A stretch of 64,000 bases of DNA from Planctomycetota bacterium (GCA_965222115.1 CBDCTJ010000003.1:448001-512000), one strand, 5' to 3'; numbered from the stretch's first letter, positions 41,932 through 52,987 are shown. The notes: generated by a model not told the origin, from the sequence alone. Numbers and translations are program-made.

Positions 41932-44160
41932 CTACTCCACCCCCAACTCCCCTATCGCCAACAAGGCAAGCGCAGTCGAACTCGCCTTCCCAACCATGAG
42001 CGAATCGGCGAAGCTACCGTCAACCTCCTGGAGCGGACGGATGATGTCGCGAAGACGCTTGACGTACTTTTTCTGCGCGGCTTCCGGTAGCACGGCAATC
42101 GTTCGTGCGGCGTACCAGACGCCGAAGAAGTAACGGTAGGAATCCTGCATTGACGTTGGATCCACGTAGCTCTCGAAGACCTTTACTGTGCTCCGAGCGC
42201 CCTTGAGGCCATCGAAAAACACGTCTAACGACTCGTGTAGTCGCTTCTCACCCTTGGAATGGCCGGCGGCGTGGAGTGCCAACTCGCAGAGCGGGCTGCG
42301 GAAACATGAGGAGGCGCGCGCAATGTCTTTGTCGCGGGCGGGCGTCATGTGTTCCATCTTCGTGCCGTAGTGGAAGACGCTCTTGCCATCGAGGCGATTC
42401 TGCTCGAGAAACGTTGCGCAGCGGGCGATCTGCGAGTCTTCGACGGCGAAACCCTGTGCTTTCGCATTGACCAATAGAAGGAGGATCGGTGCGGTGTTGA
42501 AGGTGTGGAGGCGCGCGGGTCCTGTGTAGGTCCAGCCTCCGCCGTGCTCCGTGTCCTTGAGCTTGGCAAGGAGCTTCTCGATGCGGGCCGCACCCTTTGT
42601 CTTTGCGGCGTCACGTCGATTCGGCTGTAAGGCCAGCTCAAGATGAAGGGCATAGGTCAGATGCCAGACCTTCGGCGTCGGATCACTCGACCACGCGGAA
42701 ACGATCCTTGTACCTTTCGCAATGGCCTTGTCCGCGCGCTTCGCAAGCTCACCCTTGAGAGCGCCGCGCCACGTACGAAGCGCGTCCACACAGAGTGCGG
42801 TGCGGGGAACGATGACGCCGTAGTCAATTGCACGTTCGCGACTCGGGTGGCGATGGCAGGGCTCTGGCCAGGAACCGTCGGCATCCTGCTGATCCAATAG
42901 GAAGCTGACTGCCGCACGCACGGCGTTGCGCTCACCAGGGGCTTGTTCCGTACTGTCGAGTAGCGGGTCGGTTGCATCCTGTGCGCGGGTCTCCCACACT
43001 CGCGGAAAAGGACCATTCTTATCGAGTAGAAGACGTGAGCGCGCTTCGAGGGGCCGAGGCTCACCGCGGCGCGCAATCGCTTGCAGGTGCGTGTGCGCCT
43101 TGTCGGTGTCACCCCTTTCAAGCGCGGCGAGCGCTTTGTCGTAGTCTGCGCGATCCTTCGGGTCGGCCGGATCGACGCCGACTTGGGGCATTTCCTTTGG
43201 GCGGTAGCGCTTGTTCTTATCGAGTATCGCACGACAGGTACGCTCGAAGAGTCGCGGATCAAACACTGCCATACGAACGACGCGATGGACACATTTACCG
43301 CTCGGCGTGGCGAAGATGATTGCCGGCGCATGGGAATCGGCCGCAGACGTGCCGAGTTGCGGAAGAGGATCGGACCACGTGCCCTTCCCCGAAGAAAGAA
43401 AGTGCCATGTGTGCATATGCACGCGCACGGGAATGAAACATGTGGCAACTAGATTGGACACGGCGGGATCGCCGAGGAATGCCGTGAGGATGGCGCGCTC
43501 CTTCCAGTAACCGGGATCGCGAGTGATCGGAGACGGCGGCGGCGCTGCCTGATTGGGATGACGAAACTCTGCGACCTTGCGGGCGCCTTCGTATCCCGCT
43601 TCCCAAACTTTGTTGTCCCACGGCGTCACGAATGCGAGGACAAGCTTGTTTTCGTCTTTGGCTCTTGCGCGCGCCGCTTCGATGGTGTCGGCCCAGGGGA
43701 TCCACGGAAACACGAGCTTACCGGATGCTGCGCCGGATAGCGCCTCGATGGCTTTTGTGATCTGAGTCTTCACGTTCGGTCGCTTGCACGCTACTTCGAG
43801 TGCCTTCAACTTGGGAAGCACGGAGCGGTCACCGATTCGCCCCAACGCCTCCGCAGCACAACCCGCTACGAGCGCGTTGGGATCCTCGACGCCAACGAGC
43901 AGATCCGCGACAGCGGCGCGTGCTTTCACTGAACCAAGGACTTTGGCGGCGTGCCAACGACGCGTCGGGTCCTTGTCGTCGCGGAACACCTTGTGAACCG
44001 CCGGGATCACCGGCTCGCCGAGCCGGGTCAACGCCTGCATAGCTTCAAATGGGTGCTTCTGATCACTCGTTCCGAGCTTCTTCACCCATGTGGCGACGTC
44101 ATCGTTTCCGGCAAATGCCATTCCTGTGAACAACAGCACCAACAAGATTGCACGCTTCAT
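41932..44160 (-). CDS. Exported multidomain protein: HEAT, thioredoxin-like, prenyltransferase/squalene-cyclase-like alpha toroid
   Basis: Signal peptide; HEAT repeats; IPWADTIEAARARAKDENKLVL; FLLDQQDADGSW, HGGGWTY, LQEVDGSF repeats. Confidence 0.72.
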   Translation of the reverse strand: MKRAILLVLLFTGMAFAGNDDVATWVKKLGTSDQKHPFEAMQALTRLGEPVIPAVHKVFRDDKDPTRRWHAAKVLGSVKARAAVADLLVGVEDPNALVAGCAAEALGRIGDRSVLPKLKALEVACKRPNVKTQITKAIEALSGAASGKLVFPWIPWADTIEAARARAKDENKLVLAFVTPWDNKVWEAGYEGARKVAEFRHPNQAAPPPSPITRDPGYWKERAILTAFLGDPAVSNLVATCFIPVRVHMHTWHFLSSGKGTWSDPLPQLGTSAADSHAPAIIFATPSGKCVHRVVRMAVFDPRLFERTCRAILDKNKRYRPKEMPQVGVDPADPKDRADYDKALAALERGDTDKAHTHLQAIARRGEPRPLEARSRLLLDKNGPFPRVWETRAQDATDPLLDSTEQAPGERNAVRAAVSFLLDQQDADGSWPEPCHRHPSRERAIDYGVIVPRTALCVDALRTWRGALKGELAKRADKAIAKGTRIVSAWSSDPTPKVWHLTYALHLELALQPNRRDAAKTKGAARIEKLLAKLKDTEHGGGWTYTGPARLHTFNTAPILLLLVNAKAQGFAVEDSQIARCATFLEQNRLDGKSVFHYGTKMEHMTPARDKDIARASSCFRSPLCELALHAAGHSKGEKRLHESLDVFFDGLKGARSTVKVFESYVDPTSMQDSYRYFFGVWYAARTIAVLPEAAQKKYVKRLRDIIRPLQEVDGSFADSLMVGKASSTALALLAIGELGVE

Positions 44161-44430
44161 TGCGTCCTCCTGCGATGATCCACAGTAAGGGGAAGGGCAG
44201 GGTGGGCGGTGGGGCTTCCAACAGCCTGCGCTGACGATTTTGTCCTTTGTTGTTCAAGTGGTACGTGAATACACGGATGCGTGTGTCAAAAGTAGACGGA
44301 CTTGGACCATTGTAGAAGCCCCTCGTGGGCACTTCGGGCACCTGGAGAGTACCGCGTGATAAAGTCAGAGGCGGCATTCGATAGAAGTACGAATCGGGCC
44401 GCGCGATTTGTGTAACACCTTCTTGGTGAG

Positions 44431-45960
44431 ATGGGGGATTTCCCATTCATGTCCAACGGTAAATCCAATGGTTGTGCCTTCGCTGTGCTACTCGTAGCGG
44501 CAGGTCTCCTGTACGGGCTTATTGACGTGCAACAACGGGTTGAGGCAAAAGAGGACATTAGAAGAGAAAAGCTGATCTTACTCGGTCAACCGAAACAAAG
44601 AACCATCCGCATCGCCTATATCCCACGAGATACTCCTCCGAAGATCAGGAAGGAACTCGGAGCGCTCAATATTGCTATCGAACAAGCCAAGAGGGCTACG
44701 ACAGAGGCGGACAAGATTGTCAATCTTCCGACCTACTTCGACCTCGAGGTCGATGTCTATCAGGTCAAGAGAACGGTGTTTGGGAAAAAGGTATCTTTCG
44801 CGGACGTCAACGGCGACGGTGATGTCCTTGACAGCAACACAGACGCGTTTCTGATCCACGACGTCGCGGGCAAGACCCCGATGTGGATCCCTTTCGAACC
44901 GAGTTGGGGATTCTCAATCGGGGTAACGTGGCTCTCCGAGTTTCAAAGAGGTCCAGAGCCCACTCAGCTCCGTTTTCAAGCCACAAGGCAAGAGGTCATC
45001 ATCTCCCTCAAAGAACTCCTCAAGCGTAACGACGAGGGGCTGGGTCTCCCGGCGGGAACGCTGCAGCGCTACTCGCTCACGCGATCGAAGGCCCCCGAAG
45101 ACGGACTCATCTCGAATGCGGCTATCAAGGGGCAGAAGAGCGGGTGGAAGGCAAATCGAAAGGGAGCAATCGAAGCCTACGTAGCACTAAACCAGCGGCG
45201 GCGGCAATTTGGTGGCCTCCCTTGTTCGCGTGCAATGCTCCACCTTTCGGCCCGCTGCTCGCTTCACTCTTGGTACCTAAAGAAATATGGGGATGAATAC
45301 GCTCATTATCAGGACAAGAGCCACACGGACCGCTACACCGTGGCTGGTGCGGCCGCAGCCGAGCTCTCAACTCTTGGCACCAGCGCGGGTGTTCTTGGGC
45401 TTGACGAAATGATGGGGACTTTCTTCCATCGAGTCTTGATGACAGAGAACGCGCTCCTTTACGTCGGCTCATCAACGGTTGGAAGCTATTGGGTGATGGA
45501 CGTTGGCGAGGGATGGAACAAAGCGGAAGCTAAAGAGCGGCGCCCGTGTCCAATCATCACCTTTCCTGCTGCCGGCGCAAGTGATGTCCCGAAAAGAGGT
45601 GTCGAAGACGAAGACCCCCAGTTCCAAGATGAGGACATTTCCGCTCCTGGGATGCCATTCACGGTTCGGCTCAATTACTGTTCTCCGTGGTTTGAACTCG
45701 CAGACGTCAAAAAGACAGGCGCGCAATTCTACCGAGGAGGCACACCTGGCCGCAAAGGGATGGCCCTGCCAACACGACACAGCTCTCCTGTCAACCCAAG
45801 ACATTCCGATAGCGGGAACAGCGGTGTCTCGAAGAACATGGTGGCAATCTGCGCCTACACGGAAAAGCCCTTAAAGTCAGGAACCAAGTACTGTCTCGAA
45901 GTGCTGATGTACGCTAACGGGGTGATATTTAGAGCCATCGTTCCCTTCCGAACAAAGTGA
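44431..45960 (+). CDS. Exported protein with CAP/SCP-like domain
   Basis: N-terminal TM; LNQRRRQFGGLP..CSLHSWYL..AHYQD..MMGTFFHRVLM. Confidence 0.6.
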   Translation: MGDFPFMSNGKSNGCAFAVLLVAAGLLYGLIDVQQRVEAKEDIRREKLILLGQPKQRTIRIAYIPRDTPPKIRKELGALNIAIEQAKRATTEADKIVNLPTYFDLEVDVYQVKRTVFGKKVSFADVNGDGDVLDSNTDAFLIHDVAGKTPMWIPFEPSWGFSIGVTWLSEFQRGPEPTQLRFQATRQEVIISLKELLKRNDEGLGLPAGTLQRYSLTRSKAPEDGLISNAAIKGQKSGWKANRKGAIEAYVALNQRRRQFGGLPCSRAMLHLSARCSLHSWYLKKYGDEYAHYQDKSHTDRYTVAGAAAAELSTLGTSAGVLGLDEMMGTFFHRVLMTENALLYVGSSTVGSYWVMDVGEGWNKAEAKERRPCPIITFPAAGASDVPKRGVEDEDPQFQDEDISAPGMPFTVRLNYCSPWFELADVKKTGAQFYRGGTPGRKGMALPTRHSSPVNPRHSDSGNSGVSKNMVAICAYTEKPLKSGTKYCLEVLMYANGVIFRAIVPFRTK

Positions 45961-45974
45961 ACAAAGCCGGGGAT

Positions 45975-45998
45975 ACCCAGTCGGGACCAAATCCACAC
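45975..45998 (+). repeat. Solo degenerate MITE end
   Basis: (at)acccagtcgggaccaaatccacac, 19-20/26 identical to the MITE end; no partner end found by eye. Confidence 0.5.
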
Positions 45999-46399
45999 TA
46001 TTCGGGGATTGTGTTTGATCATGCTCGCGCGAGAATGCTCCGGTTCTTAGTATCGTACGGATTCGTCGCAAAAATCATTTCTCCAACGACGGGCGCTCCT
46101 CCATCGCGATCGAAGACACGGCCACAAATGGTGATCAACTCGTCGTGTTTCAGCCCAACTTTCAGGATACCGGAGATACGGCATGTTAAATGAAACGGCC
46201 GGACGTCTAACTTACGAAGCCACATCGGCGAGCGTAACTTATTCAGCGCGTGCATGGCCAGCAATCCACCTGAATTCGCGTATAGTACATACTCAGTCAA
46301 TCGCGTCGTTACTCTTGCGGCCATGCTGAGGAGCCAGGCATTTCATTCGTACCGTTTAATTCCGGCACGTACACGCATCGCTTTCCCGTTGCGGACGCA

Positions 46400-46735
46400 A
46401 TGCGTAGAGCGCGCTTGACGGAGGGGCAAGCGAACGCGTTGGAACGAGCGTTCAAACGTAAGGAACACATCGAGTGGGTCTTCAAATTTCGAAGCGATCA
46501 GACGTGTACTAGCTATTGGAAGCTGCCATCGGGAAGTCAAATGCCGGCGCTAACCGGATCTTGGCGCCAAACCGAAGAGACGACCGTGGAAGCATCGTTT
46601 GCCTGGGCATTTCTCATGCCGCCCGAGCTCGAATCTGGAGTGGACACGGATCCGTGGCGGATTGATTTAATTGATGAAGACGCCATTGACATTCACCACC
46701 CCACCCACGGTGTAATTCGCGCAATACGTTTGTAG
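46400..46735 (+). CDS. Hypothetical protein
   Basis: 111-aa ORF with protein-like composition, co-oriented with the downstream operon. Confidence 0.4.
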   Translation: MRRARLTEGQANALERAFKRKEHIEWVFKFRSDQTCTSYWKLPSGSQMPALTGSWRQTEETTVEASFAWAFLMPPELESGVDTDPWRIDLIDEDAIDIHHPTHGVIRAIRL

Positions 46736-46744
46736 ACTGTCCGC

Positions 46745-47092
46745 GTGAACAAGCACGGCGACGACTTGAAATGGGCAAAGCCCGGCGTGACGTTGCATGA
46801 GGGAAAGCAATCACTCGGCAAGCGCATAGGACTTGGCAAGTTTCTAGGTAACGCACGATTGGCATGGATTCTCTCGAGCGTGCTTTTGTTTGTTGCATAC
46901 TTGAATCTTCGTGCACAAGGAGCATGGGCGAGGGCGACGGCCAGTGTGGGTTCAAAGAGCCGAGTTCCGCAAATTGATGCAGCATGGAGTTGGATGAAGC
47001 TTGCGATTGCGGTATTCGTGATTGCGGGCGTAGTGTTCTTCATTGCGATGATTCGGCAATCGAGCAGAGACTACGATCGCACCAGGAGTTAG
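46745..47092 (+). CDS. Small two-TM hypothetical membrane protein
   Basis: Two hydrophobic segments; ends 3 bp before the SBP gene. Confidence 0.5.
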   Translation: MNKHGDDLKWAKPGVTLHEGKQSLGKRIGLGKFLGNARLAWILSSVLLFVAYLNLRAQGAWARATASVGSKSRVPQIDAAWSWMKLAIAVFVIAGVVFFIAMIRQSSRDYDRTRS

Positions 47093-47095
47093 TTC

Positions 47096-48070
47096 ATGAC
47101 CTCGCGGATCCCCGCCACAATCCTGCTCTGCGTTCTAACCCTCGGATGTGGTAATCGAGAACAAGCCAGCATCGTGTATGCAGGTTCCTCGTGGTACGGC
47201 CATGCACCCGTATGGGTAGGTCTGAAGCAGGGCATTTTCAAGAAGCACGGATTTCGGGTGGAGGAACGCGCCTTTGGAAGCAGCTCGGATCGGATCAATG
47301 CACTTGAGGCTGACAATGCACAATTTGCGAGCCTTGGCGAGGTGGCAATGCTCACGGCCATGTCTCGCAACCGAAGAGATTTCTATTGGATTGGTTGCCA
47401 GAACATCGCCCCCGGTAATGAGGGATTGGTCGCAAGCAAAGATGTCGCGTCCATTGCGGACCTCAAGGGAAAGCGTATTGCGCTCCAGCGCATTACGTCG
47501 GTGCATCTTACGGTTGCCATGTTGCTTGAAGGCGCGGGATTGGACATCACGAAAGACGTAACGGTGCTCAACGCAACCGATTCCACGGTCGTTGACATGG
47601 TTCGACGCGGTGATGCGGATGCGGGTGCGATGTGGGAGCCCTACTACACCGATTTGCGCGGAATCGACGGCATGCATGTGCTGGGCACCGACAAAGACAC
47701 GACGATCTACGAACGCTTCAAGACGATGAGTGGACCCGATGTCATCTGTGCATCTAAGGCGTGGGTTGATGCGGATCCGGAACGCGCCAAGCGATTCTTC
47801 AAGGCCTACTGGGAGGCGGTTGCGTGGTGCAAGGCTCATCCCGACGATCTCACCAAACTGATTGTTGAGCGCGTGCAGAAGGACGAGGCCTCGGTCAGAC
47901 GAGCCATGAAGAGCTTCGTATGGCTGACCTGGGACGATCAGCGGGAGATGCTGTCCGGCAATCGAATGTTTGGCCAAGCGCAAGTTGCAAGTGAACTTCT
48001 CAAGCGCATGGGATTGCTCGAAACAATTCCGCCATTTCGAGACTGGACGCGTACGGATTGGTTTCAGTAG
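47096..48070 (+). CDS. ABC substrate-binding lipoprotein (SsuA/TauA/THI5-like)
   Basis: LTLGC lipobox; SIADLKGKRIA, GDADAGAMWEPY. Confidence 0.9.
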   Translation: MTSRIPATILLCVLTLGCGNREQASIVYAGSSWYGHAPVWVGLKQGIFKKHGFRVEERAFGSSSDRINALEADNAQFASLGEVAMLTAMSRNRRDFYWIGCQNIAPGNEGLVASKDVASIADLKGKRIALQRITSVHLTVAMLLEGAGLDITKDVTVLNATDSTVVDMVRRGDADAGAMWEPYYTDLRGIDGMHVLGTDKDTTIYERFKTMSGPDVICASKAWVDADPERAKRFFKAYWEAVAWCKAHPDDLTKLIVERVQKDEASVRRAMKSFVWLTWDDQREMLSGNRMFGQAQVASELLKRMGLLETIPPFRDWTRTDWFQ

Positions 48071-48144
48071 TCAAGCGCATGTAGGAACTGCCAAGTCTCC
48101 GGAAGCGGTAGCCGAGTAGCGCTTCAGTGCCGTAGAGTCGTGGC

Positions 48145-49017
48145 GTGAGCCGGTTTCCCCCCACCTTGCCGCGATCCAAGCGACTCCTCTATGGCGGCAT
48201 TGGAATCGTCCTGTTCTTCGGACTTTGGTGCTTGCTCACCACACCGTTCCTGACTGAGACACGCGTCGAACGCAAGGCGGTGGTAGGTACGAATGGCGAC
48301 GTCTTGCGCTACGAAGAAGTTGAACACGAGCGCGCTCGCGCTCTCGTGAATCCACCGGGGCTTGAGACCCCATGGCACACGTTTTCGCGCGCCCTTGAAA
48401 TCGGCCTCCCGCAGCACATTCTCCGATCCACGTTGCGGATTCTATTGGGGTTCCTTCTCTCCGTTGCATTGGCCGTACCGCTGGGCATTGCTATGGGCCT
48501 TTTTCCGCGCCTGCATGCCATCCTCAACCCACTCGTAAGCCTAATGCGCCCCCTACCGTCGATCGCCTGGGTACCGCTATTCGTGATCTGGTTCGGCGTA
48601 GATGAAGTTCAAAAGTTGGCCGTTGTGTTTGTCGGCAGCTTCGCTGCAGCACTCATCTACACAGTGGAAGCCACACGAAAGGTGGATCCCGATCTCGTTC
48701 GCGCCGCCACCAATCTCGGTGCGAGCAAGCGCCAACTGCTCACACGCGTGCTACTGCCAGCCGCTTTGCCAAACATTCTCAGCGGATTGAAAGTCGTGCT
48801 CGCCATCTGCTGGACCTGTGTCATCTCGGCGGAGATTGTGGGCACGCAACAGGGCTTGGGAAGTTTGATTTGGAGTCGCAAGGAGATCTCCGACACCGCC
48901 GCCGTGCTGGTAGGCATGGTGTCCATCAGCGTGGTTGTGCTCGCCATGGATGCGATCTTTGGATGGATTGAACGCCGACTTGTGCCGTGGACCTTTCTCT
49001 CGGATAACGCCGGATGA
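48145..49017 (+). CDS. ABC permease (SsuC/TauC-like)
   Basis: RPLPSIAWVPL..WFG, EAA loop AATNLGAS, VLLPAALPNILSGL. Confidence 0.93.
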   Translation: MSRFPPTLPRSKRLLYGGIGIVLFFGLWCLLTTPFLTETRVERKAVVGTNGDVLRYEEVEHERARALVNPPGLETPWHTFSRALEIGLPQHILRSTLRILLGFLLSVALAVPLGIAMGLFPRLHAILNPLVSLMRPLPSIAWVPLFVIWFGVDEVQKLAVVFVGSFAAALIYTVEATRKVDPDLVRAATNLGASKRQLLTRVLLPAALPNILSGLKVVLAICWTCVISAEIVGTQQGLGSLIWSRKEISDTAAVLVGMVSISVVVLAMDAIFGWIERRLVPWTFLSDNAG

Positions 49018-49784
49018 GTCAGATTGCCCTTGCAGCCACCAATGTGACCCACGTGTATGGCGACACCGTTGCACTCAACGAATTGAATCTGGAAGTTCAT
49101 GATGGCGAGTTCGTTGCGCTGCTCGGCGCCTCGGGTTGCGGCAAGTCCACACTACTCAATCTTTTTGCTGGATTCGAACGGCCAACAAAAGGATCGATCT
49201 CGCTCATGGGCGCCGACGTCACCGGCGTGGAACCGAGGTGTGGCATGGTCTTTCAGCAGTACGCGCTCTTTCCATGGCTGAGCGTCAAGAAAAACGTGGC
49301 ATTTGGCCCGCAGCTGCGCGGCAAGACAGATGAAGATCGAGTTTCCACGCTTCTTAAGACCGTTGGCATCGAAGACTTCGCCGATCATTATCCTGCACAA
49401 CTTTCGGGAGGCATGCGGCAGCGCGTTGCATTGGCCCGTGTGCTTGCAAACGACCCCGCCGTCCTGCTTTGCGACGAATCCTTTGCGGCTCTCGATGCAA
49501 TGACGCGCGAACTCCTTCAAGAGGAACTTGTGCGCTTGGTGGCGGCTTCGAAGAAGACCGTTGTGTTTGTCACCCACAGCATTGACGAAGCGCTTCTTTT
49601 GGCGGATCGCATTGTCGTTATGACCGCCCGACCCGGCCGCATCAAAGCAACGATAGACAACACCTTGCCGCGACCACGCGGACATAAGCAGCAACTGACG
49701 CCTGCCTATGCGGAGTTAAGGGAACGCATTTGGGGGTTGGTGAAAGAAGAAGTGTTGTCAAGTATGTCCGTCGACGCTCGTTGA
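49014..49784 (+). CDS. ABC ATP-binding protein (SsuB/TauB-like)
   Basis: GASGCGKST, LSGGMRQR, LLCDESF, FVTHSIDEA. Confidence 0.95.
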   Translation: MSQIALAATNVTHVYGDTVALNELNLEVHDGEFVALLGASGCGKSTLLNLFAGFERPTKGSISLMGADVTGVEPRCGMVFQQYALFPWLSVKKNVAFGPQLRGKTDEDRVSTLLKTVGIEDFADHYPAQLSGGMRQRVALARVLANDPAVLLCDESFAALDAMTRELLQEELVRLVAASKKTVVFVTHSIDEALLLADRIVVMTARPGRIKATIDNTLPRPRGHKQQLTPAYAELRERIWGLVKEEVLSSMSVDAR

Positions 49785-49813
49785 TACGCCGCTAGGTCCG
49801 CGGCCCAGTCGTG

Positions 49814-50542
49814 CTACTTCATCTCACCCTTGGCGTCCCACTGGTCCCACTCACCGAGCCGTTTGCCGTCTTGCCAAACTCCTTGTTGGTGCAGCTCTCC
49901 ATTTTCATGCCACGTCCTACCGGGGCCGTGACGTTTCCCATGCCTGAACAAGGTCGCTTCTTTCTGATTTCCGTTCTTGTGGAATGACTCGAATTCACCG
50001 TGATAGCGACCCGCCTTGTGATCTGCACGAACATGAATCTTTCCGTTCGGATACCACGTGGTGAATACGCCGTCTTCCTTGCCATGCGCATATGTGCCTC
50101 GGCCAGCGATTTGACCATCCCGATACCACGAGGTGTACTCGCCATGCAAGACGCCATTTAAGTAGTGGCCCTCGTTCAACTTGGTGCCATCGCCAGCGTA
50201 GTTAATCCAGTGCCCCTCGGGTTTGAGTACGTAGCGTCCCTTTTCATAATAAACCTTGAGCGTACCGTGAGGCACACGAACGAGTTCACTAAGCGCCTGC
50301 TCATCAACCGTGGATTTCGAACCCGTCGGCAGGGACTTTGATCGTGGCTTAGGGCCAGGGTCCTTGGAACCTTCTTTGGAACGCAATGGTTGGTTCGGCA
50401 GAAGCATGGGCGCCGACGCGGGCTCCTTCGTTGAGGTCTCAATTGGCAGGTCAGAGGAAGCTGTATCGGTCGAGGCGGTAAGACGACCGAGGGCAAAGCC
50501 GGCTCCGATAAGAAGGATTAGCGTGATAACACGTATAGCCAT
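49814..50542 (-). CDS. MORN-variant repeat protein (YwqK-like), exported
   Basis: Signal peptide; repeated G.Y..G...G.W..WY.NG units. Confidence 0.85.
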   Translation of the reverse strand: MAIRVITLILLIGAGFALGRLTASTDTASSDLPIETSTKEPASAPMLLPNQPLRSKEGSKDPGPKPRSKSLPTGSKSTVDEQALSELVRVPHGTLKVYYEKGRYVLKPEGHWINYAGDGTKLNEGHYLNGVLHGEYTSWYRDGQIAGRGTYAHGKEDGVFTTWYPNGKIHVRADHKAGRYHGEFESFHKNGNQKEATLFRHGKRHGPGRTWHENGELHQQGVWQDGKRLGEWDQWDAKGEMK

Positions 50543-50715
50543 GTCTCCAGCTTAACCCGAACCGAGCGACGAGAGACCGGGTTGTATCCAGTTGATCTTG
50601 TCGCTGCACTCTTGTCGTTGGGCATGAGGACCTTAGTGCGATATCCTAGAACGATCCTATGCGCTATGAGTCGCCAGAATCTCTGATAGCTCATTCGGGA
50701 TCGGAGCGAAGCTAG

Positions 50716-51393
50716 ATGCAATTTAGTGGCCGATGCACGCTAGCGTTTCGATTACTCATGCTAGTGACCTGCCTAGCTACTGCGTCTGCCTGCGGAACGA
50801 AGTCGGGGCCGCCTGATCGGTCTATGCAAATCAACAAGGCCGTACTGACCTACTTGCTCGAGAATCATCTCGGTGTCGAAGATGACGAAGGGGCGCCGGC
50901 AATGTTGGTGATTGATCCCGCGAGCCGGGCGTTACGAACGAACAAGAGGGACTGGGTGAAACACTGGGCGTGGGTACGAGGCGACGGACCTCGCCACAAC
51001 CTAACTCCCTTGCCTGGATTGCGCCATGACACGTGCGTCAACTATGTAGCGTCCAATCGGCACACGCGAGACCACGTACTCCCCTTTGATGCACCACTGC
51101 CAGTTGTGCTGCTACGCGAGGACGAGTTCTCGAAACGGAGCGAGTACCGAGGCGTCGCCCACAATAGGGCGTATGAGACCTCACCTGCGTGGCAGTGGTT
51201 TCATGTCCGTTATCCACGGGCCAATGCACACATCCGCTTGTCCTACCCCGGCTTGGGCGATGACGGCAACCAAGCCATTGTGTGGGCATCGGTGTACCGA
51301 GGCTCGCTGAGTGGTTGGGGTGGATACTGCTTGCTGGAACGCGTAGACCAGCGGTGGAAAGTGACGAAGTTGTGCATCACGGTCATATCTTAG
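50716..51393 (+). CDS. Hypothetical lipoprotein
   Basis: ASACG lipobox; C-terminal LSYPG..GNQAIV..GSLSGWGGYCLL....W motif. Confidence 0.65.
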   Translation: MQFSGRCTLAFRLLMLVTCLATASACGTKSGPPDRSMQINKAVLTYLLENHLGVEDDEGAPAMLVIDPASRALRTNKRDWVKHWAWVRGDGPRHNLTPLPGLRHDTCVNYVASNRHTRDHVLPFDAPLPVVLLREDEFSKRSEYRGVAHNRAYETSPAWQWFHVRYPRANAHIRLSYPGLGDDGNQAIVWASVYRGSLSGWGGYCLLERVDQRWKVTKLCITVIS

Positions 51394-51469
51394 ATGACTA
51401 ACAAGATCGCGCCCGTGGACGCGCCGACGACTTCTAATCTGATTGACGAGAGGTTGATAACATACGCCG

Positions 51470-52948
51470 ATGCACCGCCCGCTACTGCTAGTCGTTTCCG
51501 CGCTGCTCCTACAGCCGGGATGTGGCGGGTCAGGCGGTAGTAGCACCAACATTGCACCCATGCTGCCGGAACTGATCGTTCGCGAGAGTTCACCGCATGA
51601 GTTGGCGCCCCCCTACCTCGATGACATCGATGCGTTCTGGGCACGCAGCGATATCTACGTCATGCGGCCGGATGTTGAGCCGCTTGATCGATGGCCCGAC
51701 GAAGTGCTTGCGCCACTAGATCACAGCATACGTATCATTGTGATGTTGCCGGGTGACTATCGAGGACGTTCAAACGGGACGGCGAGCGATGGCTGGCTCT
51801 ACATTCCTCAGTCGGGGACCGCGACGGAACCAATTCTCGTTGTCTATAGCCCGACGGTTGGTGCAGACATCCTAGCGGAGCCGCATCCCGCAGAGCGACT
51901 GGGCCAGAGCGAAGCTCAACTCATTGCGGTGCGCGTAATAGGAAATGCTCATCAGTTCTTTCACGGGCTGACTTTTGCGGATGGCTATGCACCCTGTCTA
52001 CTTCATGGTACAAGCCACTGCGTGTTCGATCGTTGCCTTTGGCATGAGGTGCTGGGCCAACCACTCAGGATCCGCTTCGATGCGCGAAGCAATATGGTTC
52101 AGCGATGCGTGTTTCGACGCTTCGAAAGGACGCTCTGGGGGCACGGCGACAACGTCGCGATTCAGGTCAGCGATGGCGTCTGCACACACAATCAGATCGT
52201 TAGCAATGTCATTCTGAACTACACGGACTCGTATCAACATACGGATCGCGATGGAGATCCATACGGATTGGGTGCCGGCACGCTGATTGACAACAATGTC
52301 TTTGGCTTCACGTCAGAGGCTTACTTACAGGAAGGGGCGAATGAGCTTCTGTGTGGAGAAAACGCCATCGATCTCAAAATGGGAGGAACACAGGCCGAGC
52401 CCGTCATGGTCACGAACAACGTGTTCTTTGGTGCACGCGCGAGCAAGGTGGGTTGTGCCGCCTCAGGTTCTGGCGGATACGCCGTTACGTTGCATCGTCT
52501 CGGGACGTGGATCCACATGGAGGGGAACCTCTTTGTCGATAACGACAGCGCGTTGTTTCTCAACAGTATGTTCTTGAATGCGGACCCGGCACAGGGCCGA
52601 ATCAATCCCGAGTGGCGCTTCGTTGACAATGTGTTCACGGGTGTTCGTAGCTATGCTGATGCGTTTCCGAGTCGTACGGGTCGTGTCATGTCTGGCTTGA
52701 GTCCCGCACTATTCGAATCGAATTGGGTGATGGATTCGGACCGCTTGATGGACACGGAACCCGCCTCGGGCCCTTGGTCGCTCGACATTCTAAGCAACCA
52801 GTTCGTGGGTCCAATCGTCCTCTATCCGCGCAATCAAGGCCAACTCGAAGCCGATGGGAACGTTTTTGTCGCAGCGAGCATGCACAAGATCGTTCGCTAC
52901 GCGATTCCTTGGCACGATCGCGAGCTGGAATTCAAAGCGCCTCGGTAG
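51470..52948 (+). CDS. Lipoprotein with right-handed parallel beta-helix (polysaccharide-lyase-like)
   Basis: QPGCGGSGG lipobox; repeated NxVxxCxF / IxxNxF strands; ENAIDLK. Confidence 0.7.
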   Translation: MHRPLLLVVSALLLQPGCGGSGGSSTNIAPMLPELIVRESSPHELAPPYLDDIDAFWARSDIYVMRPDVEPLDRWPDEVLAPLDHSIRIIVMLPGDYRGRSNGTASDGWLYIPQSGTATEPILVVYSPTVGADILAEPHPAERLGQSEAQLIAVRVIGNAHQFFHGLTFADGYAPCLLHGTSHCVFDRCLWHEVLGQPLRIRFDARSNMVQRCVFRRFERTLWGHGDNVAIQVSDGVCTHNQIVSNVILNYTDSYQHTDRDGDPYGLGAGTLIDNNVFGFTSEAYLQEGANELLCGENAIDLKMGGTQAEPVMVTNNVFFGARASKVGCAASGSGGYAVTLHRLGTWIHMEGNLFVDNDSALFLNSMFLNADPAQGRINPEWRFVDNVFTGVRSYADAFPSRTGRVMSGLSPALFESNWVMDSDRLMDTEPASGPWSLDILSNQFVGPIVLYPRNQGQLEADGNVFVAASMHKIVRYAIPWHDRELEFKAPR

Positions 52949-52987
52949 GCGTCGATGACGCGCTGCGCGCCGTAGCGACGCACCACG

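Noticed and set aside
46019-46324. 101-aa minus ORF with ITICGRVFDRDGGAPV
   Set aside because: A single short motif resembling carboxypeptidase-regulatory repeats; insufficient for a call
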